This document shows, piece after piece, positions 19,753-28,978 of a DNA stretch of 64,000 bases. The stretch is from contig DASCPX010000091.1 in NCBI GenBank assembly GCA_036012755.1, positions 1 through 64,000 on the forward strand, in the 5' to 3' direction. Numbering within the stretch: position 1 is the first letter of the stretch; each line of letters starts with the position of its first letter. A program made the position numbers and the translations under genes. The notes beneath the pieces are model-generated. The model was not told the DNA's origin and did no database searches. It was given only the letters and a program-made list of their open reading frames with translations. Source of the DNA: Myxococcota bacterium. Lineage in GTDB: Bacteria > Myxococcota_A > UBA796 > CAJQPC01.

Positions 19753-20550
19753 ATGAGCGAGCCAAGAGCCAAACACGCCTTCATCGGGGCCGGAGCGGGC
19801 TGCGCGGTGCTGCTCCTCGTCGGGGGCATCACGGGGGTGCTGGCGGTCGTGGCCGCGTTGCTGCTTGGGAAGGGCGACGTTGGCGACCCCGCGGGCCTGG
19901 AGCGGTACGCGATGTACGGGCTCCCTTTCCAGCACCTCGCGCTGCTGTCCGTGACCCTGTGGCTGGCCAGCCGCTTCGGGGGCGCGGCCGAGCTCCTCGC
20001 CTGGAAGCCAGCCCGCCGCTGGTGGCTCGTCCTGCTCGTCTTTCCGGTCGGCTTCGTCTCGGACTTCGTCGTGCACACCGCCTACGAGATCGCCCCCTGG
20101 CTCGATCTCGGCGGCCTCGATCTGCTCGATGACGCCTTGCTCGGGTCGGGTCCCCTCGGCATGGTGCTCACCGGCCTGGGGGCCATCGTGCTCGCACCCA
20201 TCGCAGAGGAGGTCCTCTTCCGCGGCTATGTCTTCAGGGGGGTCTCCAACAGCTGGGGCACCGTCGCAGCCGTGGCTGTCTCCACGCTCCTGTTCGCGGT
20301 CTTCCACGCCGATCCGCTGCACGCCCTGGGCGTGGTGGTCATCGGCGTGTGGTTGGGCTGGTTGCGGCACGTGACGGGCTCGATCAAGACCTGCATCGCA
20401 GCCCACCTGTTGAACAACGCCTTCTGGGTCGTCGAGAGCTTCGCCTTCGAGACCGTCCCCGACAGCCCCTGGTGGATCGCGCTGATCGCGGCCGGCGGCA
20501 CGATCGGCGTGGGAGTGCTCGTCAGCCGCCGGGCTCCGGGGCTCGGATGA
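19753..20550 (+). CDS. CPBP family intramembrane glutamic endopeptidase (CAAX/Abi)
   Basis: APIAEEVLFRG, FAVFH, AHLLNN. Confidence 0.88.
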   Translation: MSEPRAKHAFIGAGAGCAVLLLVGGITGVLAVVAALLLGKGDVGDPAGLERYAMYGLPFQHLALLSVTLWLASRFGGAAELLAWKPARRWWLVLLVFPVGFVSDFVVHTAYEIAPWLDLGGLDLLDDALLGSGPLGMVLTGLGAIVLAPIAEEVLFRGYVFRGVSNSWGTVAAVAVSTLLFAVFHADPLHALGVVVIGVWLGWLRHVTGSIKTCIAAHLLNNAFWVVESFAFETVPDSPWWIALIAAGGTIGVGVLVSRRAPGLG

Positions 20551-21634
20551 AGGGGTCGTCGTAGAGGGCGATGGGGGCGCCGGTGCCCTCCGTCATCACC
20601 GTGTCTCCGTCGCGCCAGGGCTCGAGGACCTCGGCCAGGGCGTGGCCGATCAAGGCGTGCCCCTGGGTCGTCGGGTGCATCTCGTCGAGGAAGAGCTCCT
20701 GGCTTGGCCGCGCCGAGTCCCGAAACAGCGACGGGACGTCCACCACCGGCGCCCCGTGCCGGGTGGCGATGTCCTGCATCGCGCCCCGGTACACCGACCA
20801 GGCGCCCTCGGTGCGTCCCTCCACGTCCTCGCGGTTGGCGAGCATCACGAAGACGACCTGCCGGCCCTCCGAGAGCGCCATCTCCGCCAGCCTGTCGAGG
20901 TTGGTGGCGTAGTCGTTGATCTCGACCCGGCGCACGCCGACCTGCTCCTTGCTGCCGAGCTGCCAGCCCACGTTGCGGGCCTCGGCCTGCTCACCGTCCA
21001 TCACCCGCAGCCGGTAGTGGAGCACCCGGTAGAAGGCGAGGGGGCGCAGCAAGCGGTGGAGGCCCTGCGCTCCGCTCCCCTCGAAGCTGGAGTAGGCGCT
21101 CAGCAGGTCGCGGTCGACGAAGGCGTCGAAGTTGTTGTCCGACCACAGGTTGCCGATGACGAGCACGTCCGGCTCCAGCGCCCAGGCCCGCATCTCGAGG
21201 AGGTTCAGGGTCTGGAAGGTCGAGTAGCCCGGGATCGCCGCGTTCCAGCCCTCGACGCCGAGTTCCTGCGCCGTGACCTGGACGAAGGTCTCGTCGTCTC
21301 CCACGCCGAAGCCGTAGACGCTGGAGTCACCGGTCACCAGGATGCGTCGAACACCATCTGGCGTCGGGATCACGGGCTCCGCGCCGCGCAGGCCCATGGA
21401 GTTGATGGTCGCCGGGACTCCACGCTCGAGGCGTACCCCCGGGGCGTGCTCCCAAAGGAGATAGGGGTTGCCTCGCATCGTCGGCGCGCCGTACTGGGGC
21501 GACTTCGGCGGGGCTTCGACTGCCGCGAGCACCCCCTGGAACAGGACCCGCGCGGTGACCTCGAGCGCCACGAGGGCGAGCACGGTGGCCACCACGGCAA
21601 AGGTCAGCCGCTGTCGGAGCCCGGCCCGCCTCAC
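20522..21634 (-). CDS. SGNH/GDSL hydrolase family protein
   Basis: N-terminal TM, INSMGLRG, GDSSVYG, NAAIPGYST, DEMHPT; GTG start overlaps the upstream TGA. Confidence 0.85.
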   Translation of the reverse strand: MRRAGLRQRLTFAVVATVLALVALEVTARVLFQGVLAAVEAPPKSPQYGAPTMRGNPYLLWEHAPGVRLERGVPATINSMGLRGAEPVIPTPDGVRRILVTGDSSVYGFGVGDDETFVQVTAQELGVEGWNAAIPGYSTFQTLNLLEMRAWALEPDVLVIGNLWSDNNFDAFVDRDLLSAYSSFEGSGAQGLHRLLRPLAFYRVLHYRLRVMDGEQAEARNVGWQLGSKEQVGVRRVEINDYATNLDRLAEMALSEGRQVVFVMLANREDVEGRTEGAWSVYRGAMQDIATRHGAPVVDVPSLFRDSARPSQELFLDEMHPTTQGHALIGHALAEVLEPWRDGDTVMTEGTGAPIALYDDPFIRAPEPGG

Positions 21635-22800
21635 TGCTTCTTCTTGCTCTTCTTCTTCTTGACCTTCGAGACGGACGTCGCGCCCCGGACGACCAGCGCG
21701 TCCCCCACGCCCTCCGCCTGGTCCATGCTGGCCTCGATGAGCAGTCCGCCGGCGATCTCCATGGACTGGTCGACCGGGAAGGCCTGGGTCGCGGCGTCCT
21801 CGATGGAGTTCAAGATGGCGCCCTGGAGCACGAGCGCCAGCGGATCGACGACGCCAGCCATCGGCGAGCTGGCGACCTGTTCGACGTCCTCTGCGACGAG
21901 CTTCAGGCGTCCGCCCTCGAGGGTGAGCGCGCCGGTGACGACGTAGTCCCGCCACCAGGGCCGGCGGTCCGTCAGGCGCCACAGGCGCAAGCCCAGCTCG
22001 AAGCGGTCTCCGTCTACATCCAGCGAGGTCGGCTCCGCGTGCACGTCGAGCTGGATCTCGCCCTTCTCGAAGGCCCCCTTCCTGGCGAAGTCCAGCAGGG
22101 TCTCCTCCGAGATGACGACCTCTATGCCCTCCGCGGGCATCGCCCCGAGCTCGACCAGCGGCTCCCCGTGGGCGGCCTCGGTGAGGAACTCGGCGCGCAC
22201 ACCTCCATCGACCTGGACCAGCTTCAGCCCCCGGAGCGGGAGGTCTCCCCCGCCGAGGTTGCCCAGGACGATCGGCGGGATCTTCGACACGAGGTCCTCG
22301 CCCCACTCCTCGAGCGCTGGGGTGGCGTCCAGGGCCAGTTCGTCCCCGAGACGCACCCTGGCCTTGGTCACCTTGGCGACGCGGAACTCGACGCGCTCGG
22401 CGTCTCCTTCGGCGATCGAGCGCAGCCGCAGGGTCGCCTCGAGCTTCAGCGACAAGGGGACCTCGGTCTCGATCGGGCCGACATCGATCGCGGCGTTGCC
22501 CCTGAGCTTGCCCCTGACACCGAAGCAGTCGTCGCAGTCCCGCTCGATGATCTCGAGCTGCTTCACGGTCAAGGCCGGCGTGACGGTGCCGATCCCGACG
22601 TCGATGGGCTCGACCTCGGAGAAGGCAGCGTCCAGGCTCCCGCCCAGCAGGTCCGACACGAGCGAACCGGAGATGTGGAGGGCGCCGTCGGGCCTCCACT
22701 GCTCGCTCGGGGGGTTGGCGTCTTCGAGAGCGTAGGTGCGGCTGGCGTCGTAGAGCTCGTGGATCTTCGCTGCGCAGCCGATCAGGACCAGGACCAGCAT
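21631..22800 (-). CDS. hypothetical lipoprotein, possibly TULIP/BPI-like fold, with Lys-rich tail
   Basis: MLVLVLIGC; two long beta-rich halves; ends KVKKKKSKKKQ. Confidence 0.6.
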   Translation of the reverse strand: MLVLVLIGCAAKIHELYDASRTYALEDANPPSEQWRPDGALHISGSLVSDLLGGSLDAAFSEVEPIDVGIGTVTPALTVKQLEIIERDCDDCFGVRGKLRGNAAIDVGPIETEVPLSLKLEATLRLRSIAEGDAERVEFRVAKVTKARVRLGDELALDATPALEEWGEDLVSKIPPIVLGNLGGGDLPLRGLKLVQVDGGVRAEFLTEAAHGEPLVELGAMPAEGIEVVISEETLLDFARKGAFEKGEIQLDVHAEPTSLDVDGDRFELGLRLWRLTDRRPWWRDYVVTGALTLEGGRLKLVAEDVEQVASSPMAGVVDPLALVLQGAILNSIEDAATQAFPVDQSMEIAGGLLIEASMDQAEGVGDALVVRGATSVSKVKKKKSKKKQ

Positions 22801-22861
22801 GGCGTGGAGCCTAGCCCTCACGCCGTCTCGGCGCCAGTTAGCCTCTCGTTGGAGGAATCAC

Positions 22862-24124
22862 ATGGCCGAGAGAACGCTCATCGAGCAACTCGAGAGCAAG
22901 AACATCCATGACCGGGCGGATGCCGGTCGACAGCTCTCCAAGTGCGGCGTACCACAGGACATCCCGCGCCTGCTCGAGGCCGCCTTCGACGACAGCAGCC
23001 CGGGGGTCCGGCTCTACGCGGTCGGGGCGGCGGCCGACATCCTGTCCCGCTACCGGGTCGGGCCGAGCGCCGCCGAGCTGGACGAGATCTCGCGCATGCG
23101 CATCTTCCACAGCTTCAGGAGCATCGATCCTGGCGACAACGCGGGCATGTTCTCGGTGATGGCGAACCTGGGCGTGCCTCGGGTGGCAAAGCGCATCCTC
23201 GTCGGCGTCCAGGACCCTCGCCTCGATGTCCGCACCGGCGCCCTGGTCGGCATCTACCGCTACTTCGTCTCCAGCTCCGCGGCAGGTGACGACGAGATGC
23301 GCGCCAGGGTCCAGGAGCTCATCGCTTCGGGGCGGCTGCGCCCTGACGCGCAGGCCGCGCTCGTGCGCCTCTGCGCCCAGTGCGGCTGGCAGGAGTCCCG
23401 CGAACTGCTCCGGGCCCAGCTCACCCGCGGGGACCAGGCGGCGGTGGCCGCGCAGCAGTCTCTGGACAGGCTGGAGTTCAGCGCGTCCTGCGAGTCCGTC
23501 GTCGGCGTCTGGGTCTCCTACGGCACGGACGGAGGCGAGATCCCCGCGACGGACGGACCGTGGACCTGGCTCGTCCTCTACGACGGCGTAGGGCTCATCG
23601 TCGGGGTGGACCGGATCCGCGCCTTCCGATGGACCTGCGGCGATCCCGATCGGCTCGACATCGACGGGGAGAAGCCCTGGGCGCTCCGGCGCATGGTGCT
23701 CGACGAGCCCCGCAGCCGCGACTTCGTCCCGGCAATCCAGGTCGAAGCGAACACCTGGTTCCGTACGGACGACAAGGAGCTGATGACCGCCGCCGAGTAC
23801 CTGCTCGAGCGCTCGGAGGCGCTGGCGCCGGCCTGGCGCGCTGCGGTCGCCGAGATCTTCGTGCCGCGGATCCCCGAGACGGCCAACGGCACCCGCCTGA
23901 TCGCTCGCGTCGAGCTGGCAGCTGGCCGGGTCGATGCGGCCAACGCCCGGCTCGAGGCCGTGTGCAAGAAGAAGGGCGCGCCGGCGGATGCCTGGTTCTA
24001 CCTGGGCGAGGCGCGCGCTGCCCTCGGTGACGCGGAGGGAGCTCGCGAGGCCTGGGCGAAGTGTGCCGAAAAGGCCACGAAGCGCAACCCGCTCCGGGCC
24101 ACGGCGGAGGATCGCCTGGCTTGA
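22862..24124 (+). CDS. HEAT-repeat and TPR-containing protein
   Basis: DDSSPGVRLYA and QDPRLDVRTGA HEAT-like repeats; C-terminal ADAWFYLGEARAALGD TPR; GGAGG RBS. Confidence 0.7.
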   Translation: MAERTLIEQLESKNIHDRADAGRQLSKCGVPQDIPRLLEAAFDDSSPGVRLYAVGAAADILSRYRVGPSAAELDEISRMRIFHSFRSIDPGDNAGMFSVMANLGVPRVAKRILVGVQDPRLDVRTGALVGIYRYFVSSSAAGDDEMRARVQELIASGRLRPDAQAALVRLCAQCGWQESRELLRAQLTRGDQAAVAAQQSLDRLEFSASCESVVGVWVSYGTDGGEIPATDGPWTWLVLYDGVGLIVGVDRIRAFRWTCGDPDRLDIDGEKPWALRRMVLDEPRSRDFVPAIQVEANTWFRTDDKELMTAAEYLLERSEALAPAWRAAVAEIFVPRIPETANGTRLIARVELAAGRVDAANARLEAVCKKKGAPADAWFYLGEARAALGDAEGAREAWAKCAEKATKRNPLRATAEDRLA

Positions 24125-25086
24125 CCCTCAAGATCCGGCGCCACAGCAGCGCGGCGCTCTACGACAACCCCCTCGGTGACCCCTACGAGCGCGAGGTCGC
24201 GGTCTGGGTCCCGCCCGGTGGCCCCCACCCCGCGCTGTTGGCGCTGCCTGGCTTCACCGGCTCCCACCACGGCTTCCTCAACCGGCGCTGGCGCAGCGAG
24301 AGCCTCATCGAGCGCCTGGAGCGACTCCAGTCCGAGGGCATGCCGCCCTGTGTCGTGGTCATGCCCGACGTCATGACCACCGTCGGCGGCTCGCAGTATC
24401 TCGACACGCCCACCGTCGGTGCCTACGCGACCTGGCTCTGCGAAGAGCTCCTCCCGCTGATCGAGGCCGAGTTCCCGACAACGGGGAGGTGGGGGGTCTT
24501 CGGCAAGTCCTCTGGCGGCTACGGCGCGCTGCACCTCGCGCTGACGCGTCCGGGTCGCTTCCAGGCCCTGGCGGCGCACGCCCCCGACGCCGGCTTCGCC
24601 TATGGCTATGCCCCCGACTTTCCAGGCGCCGTCGAGTCGATCAGGGCTGCCGGCGGCCTCGAGGCCTGGTGGAGCCGCTTCCTCGAGGGTGGTGAGCTCG
24701 CGGGCTCCGACCACGCCGTGATCAACCTCGTCGCCATGTCGATGTGCTACTCGCCCGACCTGAAGGCCCGACCAGTTCCGGCCGAGCTACCAGTCGACCT
24801 CGAGACCGGTGAGCTCCGGCCAGAGGTCTTCGAGCGCTGGAGGGCCTTCGACCCCGTCGAGCTCGTGCCCAGGTGCGCCGGGAACCTCTCGGGAGTCGCC
24901 ATCTGGCTCGACGTCGGCCGCCGCGACGAGTTCCGCCTGCAGGTCGGTGCGCGCATGCTGAGGCGCGCCTTCGAGGAGGCGGGCGTCGCCCACCACTACG
25001 ACGAGCACGACGGCGGGCACTTCAAGCTGAACTCCCGCTTCGACTCCTCGCTGCCCTTCCTCGCCCGCGCCCTCAGCGGAACCTGA
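24121..25086 (+). CDS. putative esterase (enterochelin esterase-like alpha/beta hydrolase)
   Basis: NPLGDP, VWVPPG, GGSQY, GKSSGGYGAL nucleophile elbow, DVGRRDEF, DGGH; TTGA overlap. Confidence 0.85.
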   Translation: MTLKIRRHSSAALYDNPLGDPYEREVAVWVPPGGPHPALLALPGFTGSHHGFLNRRWRSESLIERLERLQSEGMPPCVVVMPDVMTTVGGSQYLDTPTVGAYATWLCEELLPLIEAEFPTTGRWGVFGKSSGGYGALHLALTRPGRFQALAAHAPDAGFAYGYAPDFPGAVESIRAAGGLEAWWSRFLEGGELAGSDHAVINLVAMSMCYSPDLKARPVPAELPVDLETGELRPEVFERWRAFDPVELVPRCAGNLSGVAIWLDVGRRDEFRLQVGARMLRRAFEEAGVAHHYDEHDGGHFKLNSRFDSSLPFLARALSGT

Positions 25087-25522
25087 GCGGCAGGGTCGCG
25101 ATGCCGTCCGCGTCGCGCGTGTAGCGTCCTTCCGAGAGGGCGGAGAGGAAGCAGGCCTGGGCCAGCACCGGGCAGTCCTCGACGATGAGCTCCTCGAGCC
25201 GGCCAGCGGGGTCGGCCCTGACGTAGATCCGGACCTCGTCCGGGGCATCGGGCCACATCTCGAGGCAGGGATCGATGCGCCCCTGTTGCTGCCGCCCGAT
25301 CTCCAGCACCCTGGCGGACAGGTGCATGTCGGTCTCGCGCGTCGGCAGGATCCCCAGGGCCAGCAGGGCCTCCGGCGCGGCCAGCTCCTCGTCGAGCTGT
25401 GCGACGAGGTCGGCCTCGGTCTTCGCCCGCGTGCGGCGCTGGTCCATCACGTAGGCACCCGTGAAGATCACGACCACAGCGAGGACCGCTGCCACCCTCA
25501 TCACTGTGCGTGAGCTTGCCAT
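25073..25522 (-). CDS. membrane-anchored hypothetical protein with AgmX/PglI/TonB-C-like C-terminal domain
   Basis: One TM helix, then CL...VRIYVRADPAGRL...ACFLSAL...LPLRF. Confidence 0.5.
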   Translation of the reverse strand: MASSRTVMRVAAVLAVVVIFTGAYVMDQRRTRAKTEADLVAQLDEELAAPEALLALGILPTRETDMHLSARVLEIGRQQQGRIDPCLEMWPDAPDEVRIYVRADPAGRLEELIVEDCPVLAQACFLSALSEGRYTRDADGIATLPLRFR

Positions 25523-25555
25523 GGCAGGCCCAGTATGCCGTTGTCCCGCTCGCCG

Positions 25556-25819
25556 TCAGACAGCCCGGGCGGTCACCCGGCGAACCGGCACGTTCGACAC
25601 CAGCGCGACGGCGCCGTCGGCCCGCTCGAGCTTGAAGTCGACCGAGTCGCGATCGATCTCGAGGTAGCGGCCGATCACCTCGACCACCTCTGCCTTCATG
25701 GCCTCGAGCTGGGCGGGGGTGAGATCGACGGCGTCGTGGACGAGCAAGAGCTTCAGGCGTGCCTTGGCGTCGTCCTTGCTGCCCCTTGTTCCGAACAGCT
25801 TGGAGACGAAGGACACCAT
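25556..25819 (-). CDS. minE: cell division topological specificity factor
   Basis: SKDDAKARLKLLLVHD, L..MKAEVVEVIGRYLEID, ALVSNVPV; directly downstream of minD. Confidence 0.93.
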   Translation of the reverse strand: MVSFVSKLFGTRGSKDDAKARLKLLLVHDAVDLTPAQLEAMKAEVVEVIGRYLEIDRDSVDFKLERADGAVALVSNVPVRRVTARAV

Positions 25820-26631
25820 CACGCACCTCCTGTCGCGGCGGACAGGCCCATCCATCGCTTGACGCTCTGCCAGAAGCCACCGGGCTCCATGGCGATGAAG
25901 GGGACCTCGGGCTCGCCTGTGAGGCGGCGGGCCACCCGACGGTAGGCCTCGCCGACCACGCTCTCTTCGACGTAGGCCACGGGCTGACCCCGGTTGGCGC
26001 TGATGATCACGTCCTCGTGGTCAGGGATGATGCCGACCAGCGGGATCGCGAGGATCTCGAGGATGTCGTCCTTGTCGAGCATGTCGCCCCGGTCGACCAT
26101 CTTCTGACGGAAGCGGTTGATCACCAGCCTGGGCTCCGGGAGCTCAGCGGCCTCGACCAGCCCGATGATGCGGTCAGCGTCGCGGATGGCGCTGATCTCT
26201 GGGGTGGTCACGATGATGGCCTTGTCGGCGCCGGCGATCGAGTTCCGGAAGCCCTGCTCGATGCCGGCGGGGCAGTCGACGAGGACATAGTCGAACTCTT
26301 CCTTGAGCTGCTCGATGAGTCCCTTCATCTGCTCCGGCGTGACCGAGCTCTTGTCGCGGGTCTGCGCAGCGGGGAGCAGGAACAGGGTGTCCAGCTTCTT
26401 GTCGCGGATCAGCGCCTGCTTCAGGCGGCACTCCCCCTCGATGACGTGCACGAGGTCGTACACGATGCGGTTCTCGAGACCGAGGATCACGTCGAGGTTG
26501 CGGAGACCGATGTCCGCGTCCACCACGGCGACCTTGTGACCCATGCGGGCCAGGGACACGCCGAGGTTGGCGGAGGTCGTCGTCTTTCCGACCCCTCCCT
26601 TCCCCGAGGTGATGACGATGCACTCGCTCAT
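25819..26631 (-). CDS. minD: septum site-determining ATPase
   Basis: TSGKGGVGKTT, DADIGLRNLD, ENRIVYD, DCPAGIEQGF, AIRDADR, C-terminal amphipathic GFWQSVKRWM. Confidence 0.97.
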   Translation of the reverse strand: MSECIVITSGKGGVGKTTTSANLGVSLARMGHKVAVVDADIGLRNLDVILGLENRIVYDLVHVIEGECRLKQALIRDKKLDTLFLLPAAQTRDKSSVTPEQMKGLIEQLKEEFDYVLVDCPAGIEQGFRNSIAGADKAIIVTTPEISAIRDADRIIGLVEAAELPEPRLVINRFRQKMVDRGDMLDKDDILEILAIPLVGIIPDHEDVIISANRGQPVAYVEESVVGEAYRRVARRLTGEPEVPFIAMEPGGFWQSVKRWMGLSAATGGA

Positions 26632-26656
26632 GCTCAGCTCCTGCTGCGTTTCTGCT

Positions 26657-27478
26657 TCAGCTGGTGGTCGGAAGCCGACCCAGGTAGGGCTCCATGACGA
26701 TGCAACCGTCGTCGATCCATGCCACCTCGGGCAGGTACGTCGGTCGCGGGCCGCGCCGTGGCGTGGCTCCGTCGGGGAATGCGATTCGGGCTGCGATGCG
26801 CAGCTGCTTGGGGCGGAGGTCGAAGGCGAGGATGTGTACACCCTCGTCGCCCTCGCTGCCGGCGTGGACCAGGCCCTCGCACCGTCCGAAGATCAGCACG
26901 TTGCCCTCCGAGATGATCTCGGCGCCGGGGTTGACGTCACCGTAGACGAGCACGTCGCCGCCATGGCGGACGGTCTGCCCGCCGCGGAGACCGCGCTCGA
27001 TGACGAGGGGGCAGCGGACCAGCGGGATGCTCGCTTGCGTCGAGCTCGGCTCGTCGTCCTCGAGCTCGACCATGGCCTCTGTCAATGGGGCCTCGATCGT
27101 GGACTCCAGGGTGTCCTCGACGAGCTCCTCTTCGACCTCGGGCATGCGGGCCCAGACGCGGAGCTTGAGCTCGCGCTCCGTGTAGCGGACGAGGCTCTCC
27201 TGGCTGCAGTAGAGCCCGGTGACCGAAACGCCGAACTCGTCCTTGAGCACGTGTACGAGGCGCCGCAGATCGAAGAGATCGATGGCGCGGGTGCCGAAGT
27301 CCAGGCGTGCGTCCTTGCCCCTGAAGCGATCCGGTGTCGCCGAGAAGGTGTCGCGGACCGCCTCGCGGAGGGCCTCGAAGCTTGCCTTTCCGTCGAGGGT
27401 CAAGAGCAGGACGCCGTCGACCGCGGAGACTTCCAGGACACCGGGATCGGTGCTGGCCGAGGGAGTTGCGTTGACCAT
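26657..27478 (-). CDS. minC: septum site-determining protein
   Basis: LRGGQTV, GDVNPGAEII..GNVLIFG, GLVHAG, LRPKQLRIA; first gene of minCDE; start approximate. Confidence 0.9.
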   Translation of the reverse strand: MVNATPSASTDPGVLEVSAVDGVLLLTLDGKASFEALREAVRDTFSATPDRFRGKDARLDFGTRAIDLFDLRRLVHVLKDEFGVSVTGLYCSQESLVRYTERELKLRVWARMPEVEEELVEDTLESTIEAPLTEAMVELEDDEPSSTQASIPLVRCPLVIERGLRGGQTVRHGGDVLVYGDVNPGAEIISEGNVLIFGRCEGLVHAGSEGDEGVHILAFDLRPKQLRIAARIAFPDGATPRRGPRPTYLPEVAWIDDGCIVMEPYLGRLPTTS

Positions 27479-27580
27479 GGGTCCGGGGGATGGGGGGAGG
27501 TTGGAAGAGCAGGGGAGAGGCACTCTTCCGGAAGGACTGTCCTTGACCTACCACGACCCTAGAAACCGGCGCAACTCAAA

Positions 27581-27599
27581 TCTTGCCGCGTCAAGAGTT
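27581..27599 (-). promoter_or_regulatory. palindromic motif TCTTG-N6-CAAGA (copy 1), candidate operator
   Basis: AACTCTTGACGCGGCAAGA on the minus strand, 17/19 identical to 37529-37547. Confidence 0.45.
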
Positions 27600-27845
27600 A
27601 AGGAGCTCGTCGAGCCTCCCGTCCCGCGCCAGGGCGATGAGATCCGTGTAGCCGCCGACGTGCACCTCCCCGACGAAGATCTGGGGGACGGTGCGCTGGC
27701 CCGTCTGTCGTCGCAAGGCGTCGCGGGCGTCGGCGTCATCGCTGAGATCGATCTCCTCGAAGGCGATGGTGCGCTCGTCGAAGAAGCGTTTCGCGGCGTT
27801 GCAGTAGCCGCAGGGGACCGAGGTGTAGATGCGGACCGGAGTCAC
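27591..27845 (-). CDS. grxC: glutaredoxin 3
   Basis: CGYC active site, TVPQIF, GGYTDL. Confidence 0.92.
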   Translation of the reverse strand: MTPVRIYTSVPCGYCNAAKRFFDERTIAFEEIDLSDDADARDALRRQTGQRTVPQIFVGEVHVGGYTDLIALARDGRLDELLNS

Positions 27846-28978
27846 TGGAGCCTCCTCAACAGCAAGGCCTTGAGGTAACGCCCCTCGGCGTGCTCGATCG
27901 CGACCGGGTGGTCGGCGGGCGCCTCGTGGCGCGAGAGCACGGCGAAGCGACCGACCCCCCTCAGGCCCTCCCGAACCGCGCGCTCCCAGGCCGCGAAGTC
28001 GAGGCGGGCAGTGCAGGACGCGGTCATGAGCAGCCCGTCTCGGGTCACCCAGCCCCCCACCCGCCGGTTGAGGTCCCGGTAGGCGCGACCGGCAGCCCTG
28101 TCCGAGCTCTTGCCGTGGGTCAGGCTGGGTGGATCACAGATCACGAGGTCGAAGGGGTGGGGCGGCGTCCAGGAGAAGACGTCGGCTCTCTCGAAGGTGT
28201 GGAGCCCCGAGTCCAGGCCGTTGAGCGCGAAGACTGCCTCGGCGTCGAGCAGGGCGGGAGCCGAGATGTCCACCGTGTGGACGCGGGCCGCGCCGGCCAG
28301 GGCGCAGTACACGCTGAAGCCGCCGTTGTAGCCGAAGAGGTTCAAGACCCGGCGGCCCGGCGCCAGCTCCGCGAGCCGCCGGCGGTTCTCGCGCTGGTCG
28401 AGGAACAGCCCGGTCTTCTGGCCGCTGTGCGGACGCACGAGCAGGCGCACGCCGTGCTCCTCGACGACGATCTCATCGGCGACGGAGCCGCGTAGCACCT
28501 CGAGCCCCTCGCGTCCGTCGACCCGCGCGACCCCCAGGCGGCGGGCGATCGAACCGACCCAGCCGAGCTTGCCGAGGGCGTCGACGAGGAGCTCGACGTG
28601 GGGCTCCCAGGCAGCGCTGTAGAGGCGAAGGACGGCGAGCTCGTCGTAGCGGTCGACGACCACGCCAGGGAGGCCGTCACCGGCCCCGTTCACCACCCGC
28701 CAGCAGTTGGTCTGGCCCCCGACGACGGCGAAGCGCAGGCCGTCGGCGCGCCTGACGCGATCGACCACCGTGCGCGCCAGCGTGTCGACCTTGCCGAGCA
28801 CGCGGACGGCGATGGCACCCGTGTCGAAGAGCCCGGCGGCTACCTCGCGGTCCTGGTGATCGACGAGGGCGACCAGCTCACCCGGCTCGGCGCTCCCGAC
28901 GACCCCGTCGCGGTAGACCCAGGGGTGTCCCGCGGCGATCGGCTCCAGCGCGCTGCGGGTGAGCCGGAGGCGCTTCAC
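27842..28978 (-). CDS. rlmI: class I SAM-dependent rRNA methyltransferase (RlmI-like)
   Basis: GHPWVY, DGLPGVVVDRY, GQKTGLFLDQRENR, VLNLFGYNGGFS, DPPS. Confidence 0.85.
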   Translation of the reverse strand: MKRLRLTRSALEPIAAGHPWVYRDGVVGSAEPGELVALVDHQDREVAAGLFDTGAIAVRVLGKVDTLARTVVDRVRRADGLRFAVVGGQTNCWRVVNGAGDGLPGVVVDRYDELAVLRLYSAAWEPHVELLVDALGKLGWVGSIARRLGVARVDGREGLEVLRGSVADEIVVEEHGVRLLVRPHSGQKTGLFLDQRENRRRLAELAPGRRVLNLFGYNGGFSVYCALAGAARVHTVDISAPALLDAEAVFALNGLDSGLHTFERADVFSWTPPHPFDLVICDPPSLTHGKSSDRAAGRAYRDLNRRVGGWVTRDGLLMTASCTARLDFAAWERAVREGLRGVGRFAVLSRHEAPADHPVAIEHAEGRYLKALLLRRLQ

